Assembly (NCBI GenBank): GCA_030390025.1
Contig: CM059443.1
Span: 48,732,001-48,796,000, forward strand
Direction of reading: 5' to 3'
Length of the DNA: 64,000 bases
From: Squalus acanthias
Lineage: Eukaryota
The position numbers were made by a program, and so were the translations under genes. Shown one piece after another: positions 50,128 through 61,800 of this stretch; positions within the stretch are counted from its first letter, which is position 1; every line of letters begins with the position of its first letter. The notes below the pieces were generated by a model that was given only the letters and a program-made list of their open reading frames with translations, was not told where the DNA came from and ran no database searches.

Positions 50128-50562
50128 CCTTTGACCATTGACTCTTCGATCAAACAGTACACATGCTCTGTAGAGTCAGACTTTGGGCCAGTGCTCTCCA
50201 TTCCTTCACCAGGCCTTGGCTGGCTCGATGGCGTTGGAACTCTCGTCACCGAGTACGCAACATGCTCGTTGTCATCACTCTGATCCCTTCTGGGAACCAC
50301 AGAGTACGGGAAACCTAGACAGAAGGACGGGTAGACGAGGTGTGCTTTTAGTTTCAACTCTCAAAGGGACAGGCTCGGAAGAGCTGGGCAGTAATTCTAG
50401 TCACTTACATTCAGCCACCTGTGTCAGCTGCACATCACCAGCCCTACAGTTAGTAAAGAAAAGCAACCTGTAAATGTTCCATTAAATGAGGAAAACTATA
50501 CAGAAAGTCTGCCCGAAAACTGAACGAATCCCATCCCTACCTGGATCCTGGTGCTGAGGATC
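50128..50562 (-). CDS. Receptor C cytoplasmic exons (50541-50562, 50409-50443, 50128-50314)
   Basis: Same lengths (22, 35, 187 nt), phases and splice sites as in A; FPYSVV, VAYSVT and HVYCLI retained. Confidence 0.78.
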
Positions 50563-50672
50563 CTTCACAACACATGCCATAAGATTGGAAAGATAAATTT
50601 AAAAGTCTTTGTAAGGAGTCTGCACTTACAATTTTCTAGATTTAGATCAAACATTTTAAAGCTCTTGCTTAC

Positions 50673-50798
50673 CTTTGGCAGATAGTCGTTTCCTTCGGAT
50701 TATGCAAAGTGCCCCAACAATGCAAAGTGCCCCAACAATGCAAATGATCACAACCGCACACGCTATGGATACTTTCACAGGTGTGGCAGTGTAAGGAC
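50673..50798 (-). CDS. Receptor C transmembrane exon (uncharged core, 18-nt internal duplication)
   Basis: GPYTATPVK-VSIACAVVIICIVGALCIVGALCII-RRKRLSAK, 126 nt, phase 1-1. Confidence 0.85.
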
Positions 50799-50872
50799 CT
50801 GCAGAGGAGAAGCAACATTAAGTTCAGTCTGTGCAATCCCGTGTTATATGTACAGCTGATCACACTGGTTAC

Positions 50873-50904
50873 CTGGCTGAGGAACAGACATTTCCGAGTA
50901 GAAT
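50873..50904 (-). pseudogene. Frameshifted (32-nt) copy of the linker exon
   Basis: CTCAGCCAG versus CTCAGCCCAG in the three 33-nt copies. Confidence 0.7.
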
Positions 50905-53114
50905 CTGGAAAAGTGCAATGGCGAAGAAAGGAAATCGAACCAACTTTTAATGGGTACAAACTGGACAACTGATCTGGAATCTATCAACTTTAATTTTTTT
51001 TATTCATTCATGGGATGTGGGCGTCATTGACAAGGCCAACATTTATTGCCCATGCCTAATTGCCATTGAGAAGGTGGTGGTGAGCCGCCTTCTTGAACCG
51101 CTGCAGTACGTGTGGTGAAGGTACACCCACAGTGCTGTTCGGGAAGGAGTCCCAGGATTTTGATCCAGCGACGATGAAGGTTCGGCGATGTATTTCCAAG
51201 CCAGGATGGTGTGTGACTTGGAGGGTAACTTGGAGATGATGGTGTTCCCATGCGCCTAATGCGCTGTCCTTCTAGGTGGTAGAGGTCGCGGGTTTGGGAG
51301 GTGCTGCCGAAGAAGCCTTGGCGAGTTGCTGCAGTGCATCTTGTAGCTGGTACACACTGCAGCCACGGTACGCCAGTGGTGGTAGGAGTGAATGTTTAAG
51401 ATGTGGATGGGGTGCCAATCAAGCGGGCTGCTTTGTCCTGGATGGTGTCGAGCGTCTTCAGTGTTGTTGGAGCTGCACTCATCGAGGCAAGTGGAGAGTA
51501 TTCCATCACACTCCTTACTTGTGCCTTGTAGATGGTGGAAAGGCTTTGGTGAGTAAGGAGGTGAGACACTCGCTGCAGAATACCCAGCCTCTGACCTACT
51601 CTTGTTGCCACAGTATTTATATGGCTGTTCCAGTTACGTTTCTGGTCAATAGTGACCCCCAGGATGTTGATGGTGGGGGATTCGGCAATGGTAATGCCGT
51701 TTATTGTTAAGGGAAGGTGGTTAGATTCTTTCTTGTTGGAGATGGTCATTGCCTGGCACTTATGTGGCGCGAATGTTTCCTGCCACTTATCAGCCCAAGC
51801 CTGAATGTTGTCCAGGTCTTGCTGCATGCGGGCACGGACTGCTTCATTATCTGAGGGGTTGCGAATGGAACTGACCACTGTGCAGTCATCAGCAAACATC
51901 CCCACTTCTGACCTTATGTTGGAGGGAAGGTCATTGATGAAGCAGCTGAAGATGTTTGGGCCTAGGACACTGCCCTGTGGAACTCCTGCAGTGATGTCCT
52001 GGGGCTGAGATGATTGGCCTCCAACAACCAGAACCACCTTCCTTTCTGATAGGTATGACTCCAACCAGTGGAGAGTTTACCCCCTGATTCCATTGACTTC
52101 AATTTTACTCAGGTTCCTTGATGCCACACTCGGTCAAATGCTGCCTTAATGTCAAGGGCAGTCACTCTCACCTCCCCTCTGGAATTCAGCTTTTGTCCAT
52201 GTTTGGACCAAGGTTGTAATGAGGTCTGGAGCCGAGTGGTCCTTGCGGAACCCAAACTGGGCATCAGTGAGCAGTGCTGCTTAATAGTACTATCGACAAC
52301 ACATTCCATCATTTTGCTGATGATTGAGAGTAGACTGATGGGGCAGGAATTGACCGTTTTGGATTTGTACTGCTTTTTGAAGACAGGACATACCTGGGCA
52401 ATTTTCCACTTTGTCGGGTAGATGCCAGTGTTGTAGCTGTACTGGAACAGCTTGGCTAGAGGTGCGGCTAGTTCTGGAGGACAAGTCTTTAACACGACAG
52501 CCGGGATGTTGTCGGGGCCCATAGCCTTTGCTGTATCCAGTGCGCTCAGACATTTCTTGATATCACATGGAGTGAATCAAATTGGCTGAAGACTGGCTTC
52601 TGTGATGATGGGGACTGCAGGAGGAGGCCGAGATGAATCATCCACTCACCACTTCTGGCTGAAGATGGTTGCAAACACTTCAGCCTTGTCTTTTGCACTC
52701 ACGTGCTGGGCTCTGACATCATTGAGGATGGGGATGTGCATGGAGTCTCCTCCCGTTAGTTGTTTAATGGTCCACCACCATTCACGATGTGGCAGGACTG
52801 CAGAGCTTTGATCTGATCCATTGGTTGTGGGATCACTTTACTCTGTCTATAGCATGCTGCTTCTGCTGTTTAGCATGCATGTATTGTAGCTTCACCAGGT
52901 TGGCACCTCATTTTTTGGTACGTCTGGTGCTGTTCCTGGCATGCTCTTCTACACTGCTCATTGAACCAGGGTTGGTCCCCTGGCTTGATGTTATTGGTAG
53001 GGTGAGGGATATGTCGGCCCATGAAGTTACAGATTGTGGTGGAGTACAATTCTGCTGCTGCTGATGGTCCACAGTACCTCATGGATGTCCAGTTTTGAGC
53101 TGCTAGATCTGTTC

Positions 53115-53432
53115 ACAGAATCACAGAATCACAGAATCCCCACAGTGCAGATAGAGGCCATTTCGGCCCATCGAGCCTGCACCGACACATATCCCACCCT
53201 ATCCCCGTAACCCCACGTATTTAATCCCCCTAACACTAAGGGTCAATTTTTATCATAGCCAAATCAACCTAACCCGCACATCTTTGGACTGTGGGAGGAA
53301 ACCGGAGCACCCGGAGGAAACCCACGCAGACACGGGGAGAATGTGCAAACTCCACACAGACAGTCACCCGTGGCCGGATTCGAACCCGGGTCCCTGGCCC
53401 TGTGAGGCAACAGTGCTAACCACTATGCCACC
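53115..53432 (-). mobile_element. HE1-like V-SINE, absent from the paralogous site at ~12765
   Basis: tRNA head tggcatagtggttagc...gggttcgaatcc, V-domain gtctgcgtgggtttcctccggg, (ttctgtga)n tail. Confidence 0.85.
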
Positions 53433-54091
53433 ATTTAGCACGGTGGTAGTGCCACACAACACGATGGAGGGTGTCCTCAGGATGAAGACGGGTCCTTGTC
53501 TCCACAAGGACTGTGCGGTGGTCACTCTTACCAATACTGTCATGGAGAGATGCATCTGCGACAGGTAGATTGGTGAGGACGAGGTCAAGTATGTTTCTCC
53601 CTCGTGTTGGTTCTTTCACCACCCGCCGCTGGCAGCTATGTCCTTCAGGACTCGACCAGCTCGGTCAGTAGCGGTGCTACCGAGCCACTCGGTGATGGAT
53701 ATTGAAGTCGCCCACCCAGAGTACATTCTGTGCCCTTGCTACCCTCAGTGCTTCTTCCAAGTGGTGTTCAACGTGGAGGAGTACTGATTCATCAGCTGAG
53801 GGAGGGTGGAAGGTGGTAATCAGCAGGAGGTTTCCTTGCCCATGTTTGGTCTGATGCCATGAGACCTCTTGGGGTCAGGGAGTCAATGTTGAGGACTCCA
53901 AGGGCCACTCCCTTCCGAATGTATACCACTGTGCTGCCACCTCTGGTGGGTCTGTCTTGCCTGAGGGACAGGACATACTTAGGGATGGTGATGGAGGAGC
54001 CTGGGACATTTCGTGAAAGAATTATTTATATTATTTATATTGAATTATTTATATTAAATGAGTTGCATTGTTTCTAGATTGTATCACTTAC

Positions 54092-54163
54092 TTTGAGTAT
54101 TTGTACGAGTTAAGCTGCTGGTCACTGAGGAGATTCCAGATGTTGAAGTGGGGGTGTCTGAAG
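54092..54163 (-). pseudogene. Short 3' remnant of the C-copy D2/stalk exon
   Basis: SDTPTSTSGISSVTSSLTRTNTQ plus donor; truncated next to the LTR. Confidence 0.8.
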
Positions 54164-54184
54164 ATTTACCACTGCTCATTACAG

Positions 54185-55510
54185 TGTAGGCTTCGCAAAA
54201 TCCCCCAGAAACTCGAACAGAAACCTAAAAGGAGTGATTTTTGGATCTTTCATATAAACTTGGGATGATGGGACCCAAGTGAAGTGATTTGAGGTAAAAA
54301 CCTCAGTTTTGGACATTTTAAAGATCAGGGAAGAAAAGCCCTGAGGAAAATGACTTTTGAATCTTACTGTTGGGAAAGACACCTTTCACAGACACAAGAC
54401 AGGCTGCGGAGGGGCGTGGCCAGGCAGTGGAAAGCTTTGGGTATTGGGGCCTAATCAAGCTGTCTGGGAATTGTTTACACTGCAATCCTACCAAGGAGGA
54501 AGAGACAAACCCAAAGCCTCACAGACACATCGAAATATGAATAATCCAAGACCTCCCTTTGAAATTCCCAGGCCCAAACAGGATAGCAGAAGCCTGAAAT
54601 CAATAAAACATTTAGTACCCCGATTACTTCATCAAAAACCAATCAACCAGGTATCCACAGGGACAGATTTACAAGCCCGCCAAAAACCTAGGACAATAGG
54701 GACAAGATTTGGCGCGCAGATAAAGGCCCCGCCTAAATGGGAAATATCGGAAGCCATCCGGACATGTTGAACACCAAGTTAAAGCCATCGAAACTGACAA
54801 GCCCGCCAAAACTAAGACAATGGAATAAACAGGGCTCAATTGAAATCTAAAGGAAACCGATTTAGTAAGGAGTTTTGGGCGCGAAAAGGACAAAGGGCCT
54901 GAACAGTATAATTGGGGGCCTAATCACCCAAGACTGGCTCTCTGAACTCTCTGACAACGCTCTCAACGCTCGCACAGCTCTCTCTCAGCTCTGTTCCAGC
55001 AAGACACCACAAGCCACGAGCAGGAGGAGGAAAGAAGGCCAACAACTTCACAAGCAGACCAACATGTAATAAGAAACCAGAGCGACTGCCTCAGTGACCA
55101 TCGGACACCTCGCAGCAACTAGGGCCTTATGAAACCTTTTACTCAAAAGACTCTAAACCCTAACTCTCAACTGTCAAGGATTCGTTTGGTGAACATTATC
55201 CCTGATCTCCTGAAACCAAAACCTAGCTAGATAGTGGGATTTTTGGGAGGGATAAGGTTTTTTTGTATATTGTCCTTCTCCCTCGCCTGTACCGTGTGTT
55301 CCCCAACCTGTGTTTAAGTGTTAAGTGTGTTTTAAGTTTGTTACCTTTTCTTTTAATAAAGTCAAAATTCTTTCATCAGAACCTGTTGTCTACTGCATCT
55401 TTGTTCACAACCCCTAAATAAGTCCAAAGTCTAGAACCAGGGGCGTGGGAGCGATTCGAACCGCTCACTGAGTCAGAGGTGAAGGCTGACCCCACACACC
55501 ACCCCCTACA
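54185..55510 (+). mobile_element. Solo LTR (~1.33 kb)
   Basis: TGTAGG...CCTACA inverted termini, AATAAA at 55355-55360, no recognisable coding domain; flanks acag/acac are not a clean TSD. Confidence 0.75.
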
Positions 55511-55521
55511 ACACTGGTTAC

Positions 55522-55554
55522 CTGGGCTGAGGAACATACTTTTCTGGTTAGAAT
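55522..55554 (-). CDS. Receptor D 33-nt linker exon
   Basis: NSNQKSMFLSP, splice sites intact. Confidence 0.7.
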
Positions 55555-55691
55555 CTGGAATAGTGCAATGGCGAAGGAAGTAAATCAAAGCAACTTATAA
55601 TGGCTACAAACTGTACAACTGATCTGGAATCTCTCAGTTTGAATTATTGATATTAAAAGATTCACATCATATTCTAGATTGTATCACTTAC

Positions 55692-56174
55692 TTTGAGTAT
55701 TTGTACGAGTTAAGCTGCTGGTCACTGAGGAGATTCCAGATGTTGAGGTGGGGGTGTCTGAAATCTCTGCACTCGCCTCTGTCACAGTAAGGGAGATGTT
55801 TGCTGCAATCTTCCAGGCAGGTTTCCCTGAATCCTGACCGTGGACAGCACAGAGATACCTCCCAGTGTCCACCACATCTGCTGAGTGAATAGTAAGGTTG
55901 TGAGACTGGCGTCTAGCAGTAGGATTGTCTGAGCTTTGGGCAGAGATTCTTTGTGACGACTTTCTGTCCACACAGCAGCGTGTGTTAGAATGTGCCTTAT
56001 AATCCTCAATGTGAACAGAGTGCAGACACTTGTTGACGTTTCCAGATCTGATCCAAAACAGAGTGAAGACGAGGTTTTTTGTATTCTCAAACTGGCAGGG
56101 TAAAGTCACATTTTCTCCCTTTGACACTGTCAGCGACCAGGAGTTTTCTTCAGTAGAAAATATTTCATCCGAAT
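55692..56174 (-). CDS. Receptor D D2 exon: V-set Ig domain plus stalk
   Basis: 483 nt, open, phase 1-1; GENVTLPC, LFWIR, DTGRYLC. Confidence 0.9.
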
Positions 56175-56625
56175 CTATAAACAACATTAAAAAGAACATT
56201 TGTTACTAATTATTTAGAAGTGCCGTTCCCACATGTTATCCAGCTGTTTGATGTAAGTGTGAGTCTGTCTGTAACTAGCTGTATTATCAGCAGTGGAGAC
56301 AGCAGGCGTGGGCCAGGGCCAAATCCTTGTTTGGAATATTTGTCTGATTTTCCCACCGTTAGATTAAACATTCCCCAGCTAGAGGCAGATTGTGTAAGAT
56401 CAGGAAACACTCAGGGACTGAGAGCAAGGAGCGAGAAGACAGGACAAATAATGAAAGATCGAACACACAAAGGCAAAAGACAGGGGCAGACACTAAAGGA
56501 CAGAGACAAGGGGGGTAGACTTCAAACTCGCTTCTCTGTATCTCGATACCTGGGAATTTTATCCCGCCCCCCCGCCCCCAGATACTTCCCCGATCCCTCC
56601 CCCGATATTGCCCCAGTACACGTAC

Positions 56626-57030
56626 CACTCTGGATTATCACAAAGAACAAGTCGTGGTTTTCACATCCCTCTCCTGACAATGTGAGCCAGGACGGACACT
56701 TCGATGATCCTCTTTCTGTGGAATCCTGAGCCGAGCAGGTAAATACCGTCAAGTTAATCGTCTTCACATCGAATGTCAGAGACTGAGACTCCGTTTGTTC
56801 TTCATTTAATTTGCATTTTCTACACTCTGGCTTACTCTGCCTGTTTGTCCAATTAGGACTGATATTTTCACAAAATTGCATTTCCTTCTCTTTATTCTCA
56901 CATGTATTGTCAATTTCTGCTCCGAGATCAGTGAAGCTGCACAAGGTGACTTCATCCCCAGCACCAGTGGTCACGTTGCACTGCAGAGTGGTGACATCTC
57001 CTGGTCCTCGGGAGAAGAGATAAGTGGATC
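56626..57030 (-). CDS. Receptor D D1 exon: Cys-rich Ig-like domain (leader expected right of the window)
   Basis: 405 nt, open, phase 1-1, same splice sites as 31870-32268. Confidence 0.85.
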
Positions 57031-57349
57031 CTGCAGGGAAAGGGCAGAATCGAATAGAGATAAATAATATTCCACACAGGAAAGATCATTAAACACTCAA
57101 TGTGACACAAGCCTCTCACAGTAAATGAGCCTAGATAGACCCCCACCACCCCTTTACACATTGTGATAGACTGCCCTCCCATTACACAGTCTGAATCCAG
57201 TCCACACCACCCTCTCTCCCTGCCTGGACAGAGATCCCACCCCCACCATAACACATTCTGATCGAGACCTCAGCCCCATCCCCATCATAGCCTGAATAGA
57301 GACCCCCTACCCTTTCACTGAGCCTGACTACAGTCATACATAGTACATA

Positions 57350-58350
57350 GGTTGAGGTTATTGGAAGTCAATCATCTCAGCTCCAGGACATCACTGCAGG
57401 AGTTCTAGGCCTAACCATCTTCAGCTGCTTCATCAATGACCTTCCCTCTATCATGAGGTGACACGTGGGACTGTTCACTGATGATTGCACAGTGTTCAGC
57501 TCCATTTCCAATTCCTCAGATAATGAAGCAGTCCGTGCCTGCATGCAGCAAGACCTGGACAACATCCAGGCTTGGGCTGATAAGTGATAAGTAACAGTCA
57601 CACCACATAATGACCATCTCCAACAAGAGAGAGCCTAACCACCTGCCCTTGACATTTGATGGCATTACCATCATCGACTCTCCCACCATTAACATCCCGG
57701 GGTCATCATTGACCAGAGACTTAGCTGCAGCAACCACATAATTACTGTGGATACTAGGGCAGGTCAGAGGCTGGGTAGTCTGCGGCAAGTGGCTCACCTG
57801 ACTCCCCAAAGCCTTTCCACCACCTATAAGGCACATGTCAGGAGAGTGATGAAATACTCTCCACTTACGTGGATGAGTGCAGCTCCAAAAACACTCAGGA
57901 AACTCAACACCATCCAGGACAAAGCAGTCCACTTGATCGGCTCCCTATCCGTCCCCTTAAACATTCACTCCCTCTACCACTGGCGCACCATGGCTGCAGT
58001 GTGTACCATCTACATGATAGTACCTCACCAAGGCTTTTACGGCAGTATCTCCCAAACCCCCGACCTTCACCACCTATAAGAACAAGGGCAGCAGGTGCTT
58101 GGGAACACCATCGCCTCCAAGTTTCCTTAAAAGTCGCACAACATTCTGACTTGGAAATATATTGCTGTTCCTTCATTGTTGCTGGGTCAAAATCCTAGAA
58201 TTGCCTCCCTAACAGCATTGTGGAGCACCTTCACCATTTGGAGTGCAGAAGAAAGGCCAAACCCAACTGACCTTCTCAATGGCAACTAGGGATTGGGCAA
58301 TAAATGCCGGAATTGCCAGTGACACCCACATCCCGAAGAAAGATAAAATA
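57350..58350 (+). mobile_element. Degenerate second-family LINE 3' portion
   Basis: Frameshifted RT C-terminus. Confidence 0.85.
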
Positions 58351-58889
58351 AATATGAAGTAATCATCCACTTAATGAGGGAACTTAATTTAAGACGTGGC
58401 ATTGAATACTGGTTCCTAACTTTCAGGGAGATTATAATAACTGATAATTGGTGTGAGGACATTAGTTAGTCCTGTAAAAGGAAAACTTCTGGGTAAATAT
58501 TATCTTTTTAGTTGGGGTTTCTGTAGAAGGAGGGAATTAGCTGAAGTTGAATGGTGCAGACCAGAGAGATATTTAGAATTAAAAGTATCACTTGATGGAG
58601 AGCAATTATATGTAACAAGAGCCGAATTATTTATAAGGTAATGAAGTAGAGTTATACCAATCTCGTTAGCCGAATGGAAAAAGAGCTCGTTAGTTAGGAA
58701 ATCAGCTGTTAGCTAAAGTTATCGATAAGGACTCAGTTCAATTAGACTCTCCTTATATGGAGTTGTTTTTCAATGCAGAAATGTGCAAATTGTCACATAG
58801 TCGGAGTGAGGGGTAAGTACAAAAAGTGGCAGAGTGTAATCAGTATTTGGATTCGAAGGGGTTTGATTGGCCTAAAACACTGAACATTA

Positions 58890-61800
58890 ATAGAAACATA
58901 GAAACATAGAAAATAGGTGCAGGAGTAGACCATTCGGTCCTTCGAGCCTGCACCGCCATTCAATGCGTTCATGGCTGAACATGCTACCTCAGTACCCCAT
59001 TCCTGCTTTCTCGCCATACCCCTTGATCCCCCTAGTTGTGAGTATTATATCTAACTCCCTTTTGAATATATTTAGCGGACTGGCCTCAACAACCTTCTGT
59101 GGTAGAGAATTCCACAGATTCACCACTCTCTGGGTGAAGAAGTTCCTCCTCATCTCAGTCTTAAATGGCTTCCCCTTTATCCTTAGACTGTGACCCCTGG
59201 TTTTAGTTTTCCCTAACATTGGAAACATTCTGCCCGCATCTAATTTGTCTAAACCAGTCAGGATTTTAAACATCTCTATAAGATCCCCCCTCATTCTTCT
59301 GAACTCCAGAGGATACAAGTTCAGTTGATCCAGTCTTTCTTGATATGTCAGTCTGGCCATCCCAGGAATCAATCTAGTGAACCTTCGTTGCACTCCCTCA
59401 ATAGCAAGAATGTCCTTCCTCAAGTTAGGAGACCAAAACTGCACACAATACTCCAGGTGTGGCCTCACCAAGGCCCTGTACAACTGTAGCATCACCTCCC
59501 TACTCCTGTACTCAAATCCCCTTGCTATGAAGGCCATCATGCCATTTGCTTTCTTGACTGCCTGCTGCACTTGCCTTCCCACCTTCAGTGACTGATGTAC
59601 CATGACGCCCAGGTCTCGTTGCACCTCCCCTTTCCCTAATCTGCCACCATTCAGGTAATAGTCTGCCTCCCTATTTTTACCACCAAAGTAGATAACCTCA
59701 CATTTATCCACATTGTACTTCATCTGCCATACATTTGCCCATTCACCCAACCTGTCCAAGTCACTCTGTAGCCTCCTAGCATCCTCCTCATTGTTCACAC
59801 TGCCTCCCAATTTAGTGTCATCCGCAAATTTGGAGATATTACAATTAATCCCTTCGTCCAAATCATTAATATATAATGTAAACAGCTGGGGCCCCAGCAC
59901 CGAACCCTGCGGTACCCCGCTGGTCACTGCCTGCCATTCTGAAAAGTACCCATTTACTCCTACTCTTTGTTTCCTGTGTGCCAACCAGTTCTCAATCCAC
60001 GTCAACACATTACCCCCAATCCCATGTGCTTTAACTTTGCACACCAATCTCTTGTGTGGGACCTTGTCGAAGGCCTTCTGAAAGTCCAAATACACCACAT
60101 CTACTGGTTCCCCCCCGTCCACCCTATTGGAAACATCCTCAAAAAATTCCAGAAGATTTGTCAAGCATGATTTCCCTATCACAAATCCATGCTGACTTGG
60201 ACCTATCATGTCGCCACTTTCCAAATGGTCTGTTATGACATCTTTAATAATTGATTCCATCATTTTACCCACCACCGATGTCAGGCTGACCGGTCTACAA
60301 TTCCCTGCTTTCTCCCTCCCTCCTTTTTTTAAAAGAGGGGTTACATTAGCCACCCTCCACTCCTTCGGAACTGATCCAGAGTCTAAGGAATGTTGGAAAA
60401 TGATCGTCAATGTATCCACTATTTCCAAGGCCACCTCCTTAAGTACTCTGGGATGCAGACCATCAGGCCCTGGGGATTTATCAGCCTTCAGTCCCATCAA
60501 TTTCCCCAACACCTTTTCCTGACTGATAAGGATTTCCCTCAGCTCCTCCCTCTTACCAGATCCTTTGATCTCTTTTATTTCCGGAAGGTTGTTTGTGTCC
60601 TCCACAGTAAACACCGAACCAAAGTACTTGTTCAATTGATCTGCCATTTCTTTGTTCCCCATTATGACTTCCCCTGTTTCTGACTGCAGGGGACCTACGT
60701 TTGTTTTTACTAACCTCTTTCTTTTTACATATTTATAGAAGCTTTTGCAGTCCGTTTTAATGTTCTCCGCAAGCTTCCTTTCATATTTTATTTTCCCTGC
60801 CCTAATCAAACCCTTCGTCCTCCTCTGCTGAGTTTTAAAGTTCTCCCAGTCCCCGGGTTTGCTGCTACTTCTGGCCAATTTGTATGCCGCTTCCTTGCTT
60901 TTAATACTATCCCTGATTTCCCTTGTTAGCCATGGTTGAGCCACCTTCCCTTTTTTATTTTTATGCCAGACAGGGATGTACAATTGCTGTAGTTCATCCA
61001 TGCGATCTCTAAATGTCTGCCATTGCCCTTCCACTGATAACCCCTTAAATATCGCTTGCCAATCTAACCTCGCCAATTCACGCCTCATACCCTCAAAGTT
61101 GCCCTTATTTAAGTTCTGGACCATGGTCTCTGAATTAACTGTTTCCTTCTCCATCCTAACGTAGAACTCCACCATACTATGGTCACTCTTCCCCAAGGGG
61201 CCTCGCACCATAAGATTGCTGATTAGTCCTTCCTCATTACACAACACCCAGTCCAGGATGGCCTCCCCTCTAGTTGGTTCCTCAACATATTGGTTTAGGA
61301 AACCATCCCTTAAATACTCCAGGAAATCCTCCTCCACCGTATTGCTTCCAGTTTGAGTAGCCCAATCTATATGCATATTAAAGTCACCCATGATAACTGC
61401 TGCGCCTTTTTTGCATGCACCTCTGATTTCCTGTTTCATACCCTCCCCCACCTCACTACTACTTTTTGGAGGTCTGTACACAACCCCCACTAACGTTTTC
61501 TGCCCTTTGGTGTTCTGCAGCTCAACCCATATTGATTCCACGTCCTCCAAGCTAATGTCCTTCCTAGCTATTGCATTAATCTCCTTTTTAACCAGCAATG
61601 CTACCCCACCCCCTTTTCCTTTTATTCTATCCTTCCTGAATGTTGAATACCCCTGGATATTCAGTTCCCAGCCTTGATTCTTCTGGAGCCACGTCTCTGT
61701 AATCCCAATCACATCATATCCGTTAACATCAATTTGCACAGTCAATTCATCCACCTTATTACGGATACTCCTTGCATTAAGACACAGAGCCTTTAGGCTT

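Larger units (their letters stand above)
40463..54163 (+). repeat. Segmental duplicate of 1-13503 (period ~40.46 kb)
   Basis: Collinear, near-identical sequence including shared LINE/SINE insertions. Confidence 0.97.

Noticed and set aside
54357-55069. ORFs inside the LTR
   Set aside because: No gag, pol or env motifs.
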